DNA of 56,818 nt. Origin: a virus. Lineage: Duplodnaviria > Caudoviricetes. Numbering within the stretch: the stretch's first letter is position 1; each line of letters opens with the position of its first letter. This document shows, in pieces, positions 17,652 to 26,891 of this stretch. The stretch is taken from IMG/VR virus record IMGVR_UViG_3300042197_002516, positions 1 through 56,818 of that record; one strand, given 5' to 3'. Both the position numbers and the translations under genes were made by a program. Under the pieces are notes generated by a model, which searched no databases, was not told the origin of the DNA, and worked only from the letters and a program-made list of their open reading frames with translations.

Positions 17652-19118
17652 ATGATTTTATGTGATCCATCAGCAGAAAGAGCTGTACTAAGTGGCATAC
17701 TCAAATATGGAGAAGATGCCTTTTTTGATATTTCAGATATAGTACAGGAATCAACTTTCAGTATCGATAGTAATCAGATATTATTTAGATGTCTTAAAAA
17801 CATCTGCGATAAAACATCTAAACCATCAATAGATATAGCGTCAGTCTACTCGTCTGCTCAAGAATTAGAACTATCTCATATTCTTTCTAAAAAAGACGAG
17901 GCACAACATTTAAAAGCAATTTTTGATTTTCCAGTCAATTTAGAAAATGTTAGAAAATTTGCTGGTAAAATTAAAAAACTAGAAATTGCCAGAATGCTTC
18001 ATAAAGAGATGGAGTCTATTCAGGAACAATTATTAGATGTTAATGGTAGCGAATCGTTGTCTAATATTATTAGTATAGCAGAAAATGCTATTTTTGATTT
18101 TACAGGATCCCTCTCCAATGACGATACTGCTCCGGCAGCCATGGCTAAAGATATTGATGCTTATATAGAGTATTTACAAACTAATAAAGTAGATCAAATA
18201 GGTATTTCTACAGGTTTTCCTGCTTATGATCAAGCAATTGGAGGAGGTTTGCGTAAAGGAACGGTCAACGTAATTGCTGCCAGACCAAAAGTTGGTAAGA
18301 CCTTATTATCGGATAATATGGGTTATCACATAGCTTCCAAACTACAAATTCCTGTATTAAATATGGATACAGAAATGACAAAAGAAGACCATGTTCATAG
18401 AATACTAGCAATGTCATCGGAAATCGAGATATCCAAAATTGAAACAGGTAAATTTACAGATACTCCAAATAATCTTTCTAAAATAGAAAAGGCTGTTGCT
18501 GATCTTAAAAATAGTAAACTATTTCATAAAAGCATCGCCGGAAAATCATTTGAAGAACAGTTATCCTTAATGAGAAGATGGATTCTTAAAGAAGTAGGAC
18601 TTAATGCAGACGGCACGGCTAAGGACTGCGTAATTATATACGATTATTTAAAGCTTATGGATTCTGCTGGACTCTCACAAGACATGAAAGAGTATCAAGT
18701 ACTAGGCTTTATGATGACGTCATTACATAATTTTGCTATTAAGTATAAAATACCAATATTAGCTTTTATTCAATTGAACAGAGACGGCATAACTAAGGAG
18801 AGTACGGATACAGCTTCTGGGTCTGATAGAATTATTTGGTTATGTAGTAACTTTACTATTTTTAAACGCAAGTCTGATGAGGAAATAGCCGAAGATGGGT
18901 CAGAATCGGGTAATCGTAAATTAGTACCACTCATTAGCCGTCATGGAGGAGGCTTAGATGACAATGACTATATCAATTGTCATATGAAAGGCTGGTGTGC
19001 AAAAATTACAGAAGGTAAGACCAGATTAGAAGTGATGAATAATAGCAAATCAAATAAAGGTGGATTTATAATTAACGATGACAATATCAATGAAAAAGAA
19101 GAAATCCCGTTCGTATGA
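17652..19118 (+). CDS. dnaB: DnaB-like replicative helicase
   Basis: AERAVL N-terminus, ISTGF, AARPKVGKT, DTEM, IYDYL, QLNR. Start moved to ATG 17652. Confidence 0.93.
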   Translation: MILCDPSAERAVLSGILKYGEDAFFDISDIVQESTFSIDSNQILFRCLKNICDKTSKPSIDIASVYSSAQELELSHILSKKDEAQHLKAIFDFPVNLENVRKFAGKIKKLEIARMLHKEMESIQEQLLDVNGSESLSNIISIAENAIFDFTGSLSNDDTAPAAMAKDIDAYIEYLQTNKVDQIGISTGFPAYDQAIGGGLRKGTVNVIAARPKVGKTLLSDNMGYHIASKLQIPVLNMDTEMTKEDHVHRILAMSSEIEISKIETGKFTDTPNNLSKIEKAVADLKNSKLFHKSIAGKSFEEQLSLMRRWILKEVGLNADGTAKDCVIIYDYLKLMDSAGLSQDMKEYQVLGFMMTSLHNFAIKYKIPILAFIQLNRDGITKESTDTASGSDRIIWLCSNFTIFKRKSDEEIAEDGSESGNRKLVPLISRHGGGLDDNDYINCHMKGWCAKITEGKTRLEVMNNSKSNKGGFIINDDNINEKEEIPFV

Positions 19119-20271
19119 TCAAGCACAATTAAAAAATCTATCAGATTTATTGTGTGATGATATTGAAAATTTATTAAATAGTCTAGAGATACAAGACTTT
19201 AAATTAATGGATAAAATGGTATCAATGTCTTGTCCCATACACGGAGGAGACAATAGTTCAGCATTTAATTTATATCATCAAGGAGACTCATATAGAGGCA
19301 ATTGGAAATGCAGAACACACAATTGTGAACAAATTTTTAAATCTTCTATATTAGGGTTTATTAGGGGTTGTTTGTCTAGAAGCGAAGGCTGGTCTAAACC
19401 TGGAGATCCAGTAGTATCTTTTAATCAAGCCCTACAGTATGCTATAGATTTTTCTAAATACGATCCAGCATCCGTTAAAATATCAAGAAAACATAAAGAA
19501 AAGTCTGCTTTTATCAATACTATTAAACATGTAGGTGATTCTTTACATACAGAACTTAATGCTTCAAATAGTAATATTCCTAAAATACCAAGACAATCTG
19601 TAATAAAAGCACTCAAGATTCCATCACTCTATTTTATAGATAGGGGATTTTCTGCTGAAATATTAACCAAATATGATGTTGGTGACTGTACGGATATAAC
19701 CAAAGAAATGTTCGATAGAGCAGTTGTGCCTGTGTATGATACATCTGGACAGTTTATGATTGGATGCACAGGACGTAGTATTTTTAGTAAACATGATATC
19801 TGTGGATGTTATCATAATACTGATAAAGATTGTCCACGAGACGTAGAGCAATGGAAACATTCCAAATGGAAACATAATAAAAACTTTAAGACACAAGATC
19901 ATCTTTATAATTTTTGGTTTGCTAAAAAATATATAGAAAAATCAAAAACGGTCATTATTGTTGAAAGTCCAGGAAATGTATGGAGATTGGAAGAAGCCGG
20001 AATACATAACTCGGTTGCTATATTTGGATCCTCTATGCATCAAAAACAAAAGATGTTACTCGACATATCTGGAGCAATGTCTATTATTACTATAATGGAT
20101 AATGATGATGCTGGCAGAACAGCGGCGGCAAATATAGAATCTAAATGTGGTAGAACATATAATGTATACCATGTATCTTTAGAACATTCAGATGTTGCAG
20201 AAATGACAGTAGAAGAAGTCAAAAATATTATTATTCCACAATTAAATATTCATGAAAGTACCATATGCTAA
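19078..20271 (+). CDS. dnaG: DnaG-like primase
   Basis: CPIHGGDN...C..HNC zinc-binding domain; TOPRIM motifs IIVESPG and MDNDDAG. Confidence 0.9.
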   Translation: MTISMKKKKSRSYDQAQLKNLSDLLCDDIENLLNSLEIQDFKLMDKMVSMSCPIHGGDNSSAFNLYHQGDSYRGNWKCRTHNCEQIFKSSILGFIRGCLSRSEGWSKPGDPVVSFNQALQYAIDFSKYDPASVKISRKHKEKSAFINTIKHVGDSLHTELNASNSNIPKIPRQSVIKALKIPSLYFIDRGFSAEILTKYDVGDCTDITKEMFDRAVVPVYDTSGQFMIGCTGRSIFSKHDICGCYHNTDKDCPRDVEQWKHSKWKHNKNFKTQDHLYNFWFAKKYIEKSKTVIIVESPGNVWRLEEAGIHNSVAIFGSSMHQKQKMLLDISGAMSIITIMDNDDAGRTAAANIESKCGRTYNVYHVSLEHSDVAEMTVEEVKNIIIPQLNIHESTIC

Positions 20272-20987
20272 TATTAGGAATTTCTGGACGTAAACAATCA
20301 GGAAAAACTACAACAGGCAATTTTATTCTATCTCTATATTTATCTAAACTACAGTTTAGTGATAAGATATATATAGATGATGATGGTCAGCCTGTAGTAT
20401 CCGATATACTAGGTAACTCCGCCTATAGTGGGGTGTTTGATTTTAATAATCTACCACAAGATGATGATACCAGATATCTAGTATCTAAGCTTAATAGTCA
20501 AATAAAAATATATAATTTTGCAGATATACTAAAAACGGATATATGCATAAATATACTAGGATTAACAAAAGAACAATGTTATGGATCTGATGATCAAAAA
20601 AATGAACTAACAGACATGTTCTGGGAAGGTAAACAATTGTCCTGTAGAGATGTAATGCAAGTAGTTGGGACCGATATTTTTCGTAAATTAGATCCTAATG
20701 TGTGGGTAAGATCTACCATATCTAAAATTATGAAAGAGTCACCAGAATTGGCTATAGTAACAGACTGTAGATTTCCTAATGAAATAGAAGCAATAAAGAA
20801 TGTTGGAGGCAAGGTTCTTAGACTAACAAGAAATCCTTTTAATTCTGATCATCTTAGTGAATGTGTACTAGATAAAGATAAGTATGATTGGTCTAATTTT
20901 GATTTTATTATAGATAATGATAAGATGCCTTTATATGACCAATTAGTAGAAACCAAAAAACTTTTAGAGCAAATATTAGATATATGA
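20265..20987 (+). CDS. Deoxynucleoside monophosphate kinase
   Basis: GISGRKQSGKT, FADILK, RDVMQVVGTDIFR, VTDCRFPNE, HLSE. Confidence 0.9.
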   Translation: MLILGISGRKQSGKTTTGNFILSLYLSKLQFSDKIYIDDDGQPVVSDILGNSAYSGVFDFNNLPQDDDTRYLVSKLNSQIKIYNFADILKTDICINILGLTKEQCYGSDDQKNELTDMFWEGKQLSCRDVMQVVGTDIFRKLDPNVWVRSTISKIMKESPELAIVTDCRFPNEIEAIKNVGGKVLRLTRNPFNSDHLSECVLDKDKYDWSNFDFIIDNDKMPLYDQLVETKKLLEQILDI

Positions 20988-22024
20988 TAATAACATATTT
21001 TCGTAGTTCAAGTTATAATACTCACAGTATGTGTGAGCAACAATTTTTTGCGGAGTACGTCTTGGGTTGGAGAGGCCCATCTGGACAGAAGGCAGATAAA
21101 GGCACTATTGTTCATAAAGTTTTAGAAATATTAGCTATAATTAGAAAGTCCGAACAAGACAATATTGATACTTTTGAAGATGATGTTGTAGGAACAGTAT
21201 CTATACATGATTATAATCTAAATACTATTATTGAAAAAGTATATAAGTATTATACTGAAAAAACTACCCATCATAAGTGGTCTATTAAAGACTATAAAGA
21301 TTGTCATGCTTGGGTTTATAAAGCAATAGAGTTCAATAATGGAATGTTTGATCCTAGAAACAGAAATATTCTATGTCCAGAGCAACACTTTGATTTTGAA
21401 ATTAACAAACCTTGGGCTAAATATTCTTATAATGTTGATGGCCAAACTATAGAAGGCAATCTGGCTCTTAAAGGAACAATAGATTTAATTACATTAGTCA
21501 ATGATAAGACAATAGAAATAATAGATTGGAAAACTGGCCGCAGATTAGACTGGGCTACTGGTCAAGAAAAAACTATTGAAAAACTGGAAAAAGATCCACA
21601 ACTAAGAATCTATCATTATGCTATTAAACATTTGTATCCTCATATTGAGAATATAATGTTCTCTATTTATTTTATTAATGATGGTGGCCCATTCTCTATC
21701 TGTTTTCATGACAAAGATTTAAATGATACAGAAAATATGCTTAGACATAAATTTGAAGCAATAAAATCTACTAAAAAACCTAGATTAAATAAGAGTTGGA
21801 TGTGTAGTAAATTATGTCATTTTGGTAAAACAACATTTCAGAATACTCATATTGATCCTATAGTAGAATATAGAGACGGACAAGTATGTGGAATCGGACA
21901 GAATATGACCAAGTGTGAGCAAATCAAACATGATCTTGACTTATACGGCATAGATGCTACAATGGGTTTGTACAAGCACCCTAATCACACTATAGGCTCA
22001 TATAAGGCTCCCGGATCGGTATGA
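20984..22024 (+). CDS. Cas4/AddB-like PD-(D/E)xK exonuclease
   Basis: N-terminal SS....CEQ, GTIVH, GTIDL, IIDWKTG, QLRIY and a C-terminal Cys cluster (CSKLC...C). Confidence 0.85.
   Translation: MIITYFRSSSYNTHSMCEQQFFAEYVLGWRGPSGQKADKGTIVHKVLEILAIIRKSEQDNIDTFEDDVVGTVSIHDYNLNTIIEKVYKYYTEKTTHHKWSIKDYKDCHAWVYKAIEFNNGMFDPRNRNILCPEQHFDFEINKPWAKYSYNVDGQTIEGNLALKGTIDLITLVNDKTIEIIDWKTGRRLDWATGQEKTIEKLEKDPQLRIYHYAIKHLYPHIENIMFSIYFINDGGPFSICFHDKDLNDTENMLRHKFEAIKSTKKPRLNKSWMCSKLCHFGKTTFQNTHIDPIVEYRDGQVCGIGQNMTKCEQIKHDLDLYGIDATMGLYKHPNHTIGSYKAPGSV
21936..21963 (+). promoter_or_regulatory. Possible internal sigma70 promoter for dnaE-N
   Basis: TTGACT, 16-nt spacer, TACAAT with a TG extended -10. Confidence 0.4.
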
Positions 22025-23886
22025 TTAAAAATTACTCGGTATTGCATTGTCATTCTCATTATAGTCTTTTGGATGGTATTAGTAAGCCCAACCAAATTGG
22101 AGATAGATGTCTTAGTATAGGAGCCTCATCTTGTGCTATTACAGATCATGGATCAATTTCTGGCTGTGTACAATTCTATCAGGCTATGAAGACCAGAAAA
22201 ATTAAACCTATCCTAGGGTGCGAATTATATATTAGTGCAGACAATGCTGCTATTAAAACTAAAGACAACAGTAAATTAAGTCACTTTCTGGTTGTTGCAA
22301 AAAATTTAGCTGGTTGGCAAACATTAATAAAAATAGTGTCAGAATCTAATAAAGAAGAATATTTCTATCATAAGCCTAGGCTAAGTATGGATATATTAGC
22401 TGAATTACTAGATGGTAATATTATAGGTTATTGCGGACATTTAGGGTCTTCTATATCAGATATAGCACAAGCTTCTGGAGGAGATATCAAACAATGTTCA
22501 TCCTATATTTATAGGATGAAAGAAATATTTGGTTCGGATAACTTCTTTTTAGAAGCTCAACTGATGGATCAAGAATTTAGTCCAGAACAAAAAGATATGA
22601 CAGATTTTATGAGAAACCTATCTCATAAAACACAAACAAAAATTATCGCAACTCCAGATGCTCATTATTGTGAGCAAAAAGATGCTATTGATCAAAGAAT
22701 TTTATTATGTAATAATCTAAAAACAACATTAATAGAGATTAATAAAAAGATCCTATCTGGTCAGGATGTGCCTATGGGTTGTTTTTTTAAATCAGAAAAC
22801 TTCCATATTCCAGATAATAATGAAATGAACAGTTGGCATACAGAAGAAGAGATAGAGAATACTAACTATTTTAGTAGTATGTGCGAGGAATATGATATAT
22901 TAAATAAACCCATGCTGCCAACATTTCTGTGTCCAAATAATAGTGAGCCAGATGAATATTTAAGACAATTATGTCGTAATGGATGGCGAGATAAAATTAA
23001 AGATGTTATTCCAGAATCAGAACATCCTATCTATATAGATAGAATTAAATTCGAGTTAGATATCTTGCAAAAAGCTGGTCTATCGAGTTACTTTCTTATT
23101 GTACAAGATATCGTTGAGTATGTGAAGAGTAATAATTGGTTACCTGGACCTGGAAGAGGCAGTGCTGCTGGTTGCCTAGTTTCTTATCTGATAGGTATTA
23201 CTCAAATTAATCCAATCAAATATAACTTATTATTCGAACGATTTTATAACGAAGGAAGAAACACCGCAGATCATATATCCATGCCAGATATAGATGTAGA
23301 CGTACCTATTAATAAAAGAGAGTATGTGATAGATTACATCAAAGAAAAATATGGAAGAAATAAAGTCTCTCAGATGATTACTTTTAATACTATGAAGGGC
23401 AGAGGAGCTTTGAAAGAAGTACTTAGAGTATATGGTAATATTTCTTTTGAAGAAATGAATAGAATCACTAAATATATTCCTGATGAGTCCAAAATAGCAG
23501 ACGAACTACAAGAAATGAAAGAAGATACTGGAGAATCTTCTATTATACGGTGGGCATTAGAAAATAATGTTGACAAACTCAAAGAATGGTGCTATATATC
23601 TGATGACGGTTCTTTGGCAGGACCGTTAGCAAAAAGATTTGAACAGGCCATACGCCTAGAAGGCACCAAATCCAATCAATCCAAACATGCTGCCGGTGTA
23701 GTTATTAGTAAGGAACGTTTAGGTTCTGTATGCCCCATGATATATGATGCCAAAAATAAGCAAAATATTGCAGGCATGGAGATGCAGGACTTAGAAAGTC
23801 TTGGTTTAATCAAATTTGATATCCTAGGTGTAGCTATGTTGGATAAAATTATGGCTGTGTCAGAAACTCTTAAATACGGAGAATAA
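22021..23886 (+). CDS. dnaE: DNA polymerase III alpha, N-terminal half (PHP + palm)
   Basis: LHCHSHYSLLDG, ITDHG, DAHY, GPGRGSAAG, LLFERF, MPDIDVD, KHAAGVV, KFDILG, then a stop codon. Confidence 0.95.
   Translation: MIKNYSVLHCHSHYSLLDGISKPNQIGDRCLSIGASSCAITDHGSISGCVQFYQAMKTRKIKPILGCELYISADNAAIKTKDNSKLSHFLVVAKNLAGWQTLIKIVSESNKEEYFYHKPRLSMDILAELLDGNIIGYCGHLGSSISDIAQASGGDIKQCSSYIYRMKEIFGSDNFFLEAQLMDQEFSPEQKDMTDFMRNLSHKTQTKIIATPDAHYCEQKDAIDQRILLCNNLKTTLIEINKKILSGQDVPMGCFFKSENFHIPDNNEMNSWHTEEEIENTNYFSSMCEEYDILNKPMLPTFLCPNNSEPDEYLRQLCRNGWRDKIKDVIPESEHPIYIDRIKFELDILQKAGLSSYFLIVQDIVEYVKSNNWLPGPGRGSAAGCLVSYLIGITQINPIKYNLLFERFYNEGRNTADHISMPDIDVDVPINKREYVIDYIKEKYGRNKVSQMITFNTMKGRGALKEVLRVYGNISFEEMNRITKYIPDESKIADELQEMKEDTGESSIIRWALENNVDKLKEWCYISDDGSLAGPLAKRFEQAIRLEGTKSNQSKHAAGVVISKERLGSVCPMIYDAKNKQNIAGMEMQDLESLGLIKFDILGVAMLDKIMAVSETLKYGE
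23570..23598 (+). promoter_or_regulatory. Possible internal sigma70 promoter inside dnaE-N
   Basis: TTGACA (23570-23575), 17-nt spacer, TATATA (23593-23598) with TG extension. Confidence 0.35.
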
Positions 23887-23888
23887 TC

Positions 23889-24068
23889 ATGGAGAGAACT
23901 TTTAAAGAATTAATTGTTGGTTCAAAGTTTGTTATAAATAATGTTGAGTATGTTAAAACAGAACCTGTAAGAGTTAGCTGTTGTAGGTCTATTAATTGTC
24001 AGGTGGCTAACGATCCAGGTCAAAAAGCATTTTTCCCAGATGAGGCTGTAGTAACTGTAAATGGCTAA
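23889..24068 (+). CDS. Small 59-aa protein between dnaE-N and the exonuclease, not in the ORF track
   Basis: MERTFKELIVGSKFVINNVEYVKTEPVRVSCCRSINCQVANDPGQKAFFPDEAVVTVNG; GGAG SD; fills the gap exactly. Confidence 0.7.
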   Translation: MERTFKELIVGSKFVINNVEYVKTEPVRVSCCRSINCQVANDPGQKAFFPDEAVVTVNG

Positions 24069-24753
24069 TATACAAAAAATTTGTGTTTTTGATTTAGAGA
24101 CTGATGGAGCCAATCCAGATATTTGTAGTCCAGTACAAATAGCGGCTGTTATGGTTGATCCTGTTAGATTAGAAATCATTAAAGATTCAGAATTTAACAT
24201 TATGATTAAACCAGAAGCATTAGAGAATGACCCTAATTATACTTACAGCGACTCTGATGTATTAGACTTTCATGCCAAGGTTAGGTCATCCACAAAAGAT
24301 AAGATCTTAGCTAGTTGGCTAGAATATCCAAAGCAAGATCATAGTTGGAATATGTTTATATCATACTTGGATATGTATCATATTAGATCATCTAACAAGA
24401 GTTGTTTTACGGCACCCATAGCCGCTGGATATAATATCAATAGATTCGATTTAAGAATCATAGAACGACTAAGTAAAAAATATAACAATCTAAATAAGGA
24501 AGGCAGATCTTCTTTGTTTTATCCTAGAGACGTTATAGATATAATGAATCTGGTATTTTATTGGTTCGAAGGAAATAACGAACTTAAAAATTATACATTA
24601 GATAATCTTAGAGATTATTTAGGAATAAATAAAGACGGAGCACACGACGCTCTAAAGGATGTGCAGGATACTGCTAATATCCTGATTCGTTTTTTAAAAT
24701 TACATCGTAATATGTCTCAAAAAATTAAGTTTAAATCATCTTTTAGTCTATAG
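24061..24753 (+). CDS. DEDDh 3'-5' exonuclease (DnaQ/epsilon-like)
   Basis: FDLETDG, GYNINRFD, HDALKD. Confidence 0.9.
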   Translation: MANIQKICVFDLETDGANPDICSPVQIAAVMVDPVRLEIIKDSEFNIMIKPEALENDPNYTYSDSDVLDFHAKVRSSTKDKILASWLEYPKQDHSWNMFISYLDMYHIRSSNKSCFTAPIAAGYNINRFDLRIIERLSKKYNNLNKEGRSSLFYPRDVIDIMNLVFYWFEGNNELKNYTLDNLRDYLGINKDGAHDALKDVQDTANILIRFLKLHRNMSQKIKFKSSFSL

Positions 24754-24758
24754 GATTT

Positions 24759-26384
24759 ATGGCAAGAAATTTAGTATTTGATTGTGGATGTCAATTTACA
24801 GTCCTAGATGATTCTACAGAAAGCACAAATCCTAAGATACTGTTCTCTCCAAAATTATCTGACATTAGTTTGGAGTGTTCAAAAACATGGGAATTAATTT
24901 CAGAAGGTAATACCAAGGGGTGCTTTCAACTAGAGTCTAGACTAGGACAGACTATGGCTCGTAAATTAAAACCACAAAATATAGAACAGCTATCTGGCTT
25001 GATTAGTATTTTAAGACCAGGATGCTTAGAAGCCCACAGAGATGGGAAAAGCGTATCTAATCATTATATAGATAAAAAAAATGGACTCGAATCAATAGAT
25101 TATTTTCATCCTGCTTTAGAGCCTATCTTAAAAGACACTTATTCGGAGATGATATATCAAGAACAGGCAATGTCTATCGCTAAAGAGCTAGCCGGTTTTG
25201 ATCTAAAAGAAGCAGACAATCTGAGAAAAGCGATAGGCAAAAAACAAGCAGATAAAATGGCTAAAGTCAAAAAACAGTTTATTGACGGAGCAAAGACTAC
25301 AGGGAAAATAACGGAAAAAGAAGCCGAGCAAATTTTTGAATGGATAGAAAAATCTCAAAGATATTTATTTAACGCTAGTCATTCTATTAGCTATGCAATG
25401 AATGCCTATTTGTCTGCGTATGCTAAGGCTCATTTCCCTAGGGTGTTTTTTGCATCATATCTAAGATTTGCAAAAGACAAGATAGATCCACAACAAGAAA
25501 TTAAAGAACTTGTTAGAAATGCTATAGGTATGGATATATCTATAAATATACCTGATTTTCGAAATCTAAATCGTTTCTTTGTATTAAAAGATAATCAAAT
25601 TTATTTTGGTTTAACAGATATCAAAGGGGTCGGGGATTCTGTGTATAACAAAATTCTAACTTTGGTTGATAAAAATAGTGTTAACGAATTGTCGTGGACA
25701 CAGACCTTGTCAGGTGTTTTATTGAATATAAACTCTATTGCTAGTAAAGCTTTAATTAGTTCTGGTGCATTTGACTATTTTAAGAAAAATAGGACAGAAA
25801 TGCTATTCGAATATGAGATATGTAGTAATCTGACTAAGAAAGAACTTATTAGTTTTATAGAACTAGCAAAAACAGAAAAATCTGTACAGAAAATTTTACA
25901 GCATATCCTACAGAATAATAAGCTTATTAAGAATCGTAAACTAGCTTTTCAAAATTACGTTCATTCATTAATTAATCCTCCTTATTCTCTAACAGACAAG
26001 ATAGAATGGTTGTCTGATTCTGAAAATGCATTACTAGGTGTTGCTATTACGTGTTCTAAGCTAGATGTATATGATGTATCGTCAGCTAACTCTAATTGTA
26101 AAACTTTTAAAACGTCATATATAAATAATAATATCGTGATAGCTGGAGAAATTAGTGGCGTTAATATTACCAAAACAAAAACTGGTAAAAATCCCGGATT
26201 AGAAATGGCTTTCGTAACTATTGATGATCAATTTGGTTCATTAGATTCGATAATATTTTTTCCAGAGCAATTTGCTAAATATAGAAATTATTTATATGCG
26301 GGAAATGTGTTAGTTTTTTCGGGCAATAAAACTAAGTCAAAAGACGGCTTAGTTGTAGAAAAATGCTTTGAACCGGCGGCTTGA
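24759..26384 (+). CDS. dnaE: DNA polymerase III alpha, C-terminal half (fingers, HhH, OB)
   Basis: TKGCFQLES, RPG, IYQEQ, ADNLRKAIGKK, YLFNASHS..YA, FGLTDIKGVG, SGAFD, MAFVTIDD. Confidence 0.94.
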   Translation: MARNLVFDCGCQFTVLDDSTESTNPKILFSPKLSDISLECSKTWELISEGNTKGCFQLESRLGQTMARKLKPQNIEQLSGLISILRPGCLEAHRDGKSVSNHYIDKKNGLESIDYFHPALEPILKDTYSEMIYQEQAMSIAKELAGFDLKEADNLRKAIGKKQADKMAKVKKQFIDGAKTTGKITEKEAEQIFEWIEKSQRYLFNASHSISYAMNAYLSAYAKAHFPRVFFASYLRFAKDKIDPQQEIKELVRNAIGMDISINIPDFRNLNRFFVLKDNQIYFGLTDIKGVGDSVYNKILTLVDKNSVNELSWTQTLSGVLLNINSIASKALISSGAFDYFKKNRTEMLFEYEICSNLTKKELISFIELAKTEKSVQKILQHILQNNKLIKNRKLAFQNYVHSLINPPYSLTDKIEWLSDSENALLGVAITCSKLDVYDVSSANSNCKTFKTSYINNNIVIAGEISGVNITKTKTGKNPGLEMAFVTIDDQFGSLDSIIFFPEQFAKYRNYLYAGNVLVFSGNKTKSKDGLVVEKCFEPAA

Positions 26385-26411
26385 CACCGAACCCCTCTGA
26401 TCTATTATAAA
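26381..26411 (+). promoter_or_regulatory. sigma70-like promoter upstream of ssb
   Basis: TTGACA at 26381-26386, followed by TATTAT at 16 nt or TATAAA at 19 nt. Confidence 0.55.
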
Positions 26412-26454
26412 TCGTTGTGTGACCCTTTTTAATTTTTTAATGGAGATATTTGAT

Positions 26455-26829
26455 ATGAATATTACATTGCTTAGAGGTAATTTGGCTCGCGATCCAGAAC
26501 TAAGAGTAGTAAATACTGGAGGCAAGCAAACATCTGTTGTTAATTTTACTGTTGCTGTTAGTCGAGAGTATACAAAAAACAGTGGAGAAAAGGATAAGAT
26601 TACCTCTTTTATTAATTGTGAAGCATGGGACAGTGGTGCGGATATGATCGCAGAATCATTTAAGAAAGGCGATCTAGTTATGATTGAGGGATCATTAAGA
26701 AATGATACCTGGGAAAAGGACGGAGTTAAGCACAGTAGTCTTAAGGTTAGAGTTAATAACTTTTCTAAGATTACTCGTTTAACTAAAGGCAACAAGCAAG
26801 TACAAACACAAGAGCCTGTGGCCTTCTAA
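26455..26829 (+). CDS. ssb: Single-stranded DNA-binding protein
   Basis: GNLARDPELR, NFTVAV, FINCEAW, KKGDLVMIEGSL, WEKDG. GGAG SD supports ATG 26455. Confidence 0.95.
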   Translation: MNITLLRGNLARDPELRVVNTGGKQTSVVNFTVAVSREYTKNSGEKDKITSFINCEAWDSGADMIAESFKKGDLVMIEGSLRNDTWEKDGVKHSSLKVRVNNFSKITRLTKGNKQVQTQEPVAF

Positions 26830-26851
26830 GAATAGTTTAAAAATAATTAAG

Positions 26852-26885
26852 AAATACGGGGGTTGAAATATACCCCCATATTTTT
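26852..26885 (+). terminator. Rho-independent terminator-like hairpin after ssb
   Basis: aaatacGGGGGT-tgaaatat-ACCCCCata followed by ttttt. Confidence 0.65.
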
Positions 26886-26891
26886 ATACCT

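Noticed and set aside
23886-24759. Split intein or self-splicing intron in dnaE
   Set aside because: No intein terminal motifs. The gap is filled by two ordinary coupled ORFs, with no homing endonuclease and no room for an intron core.
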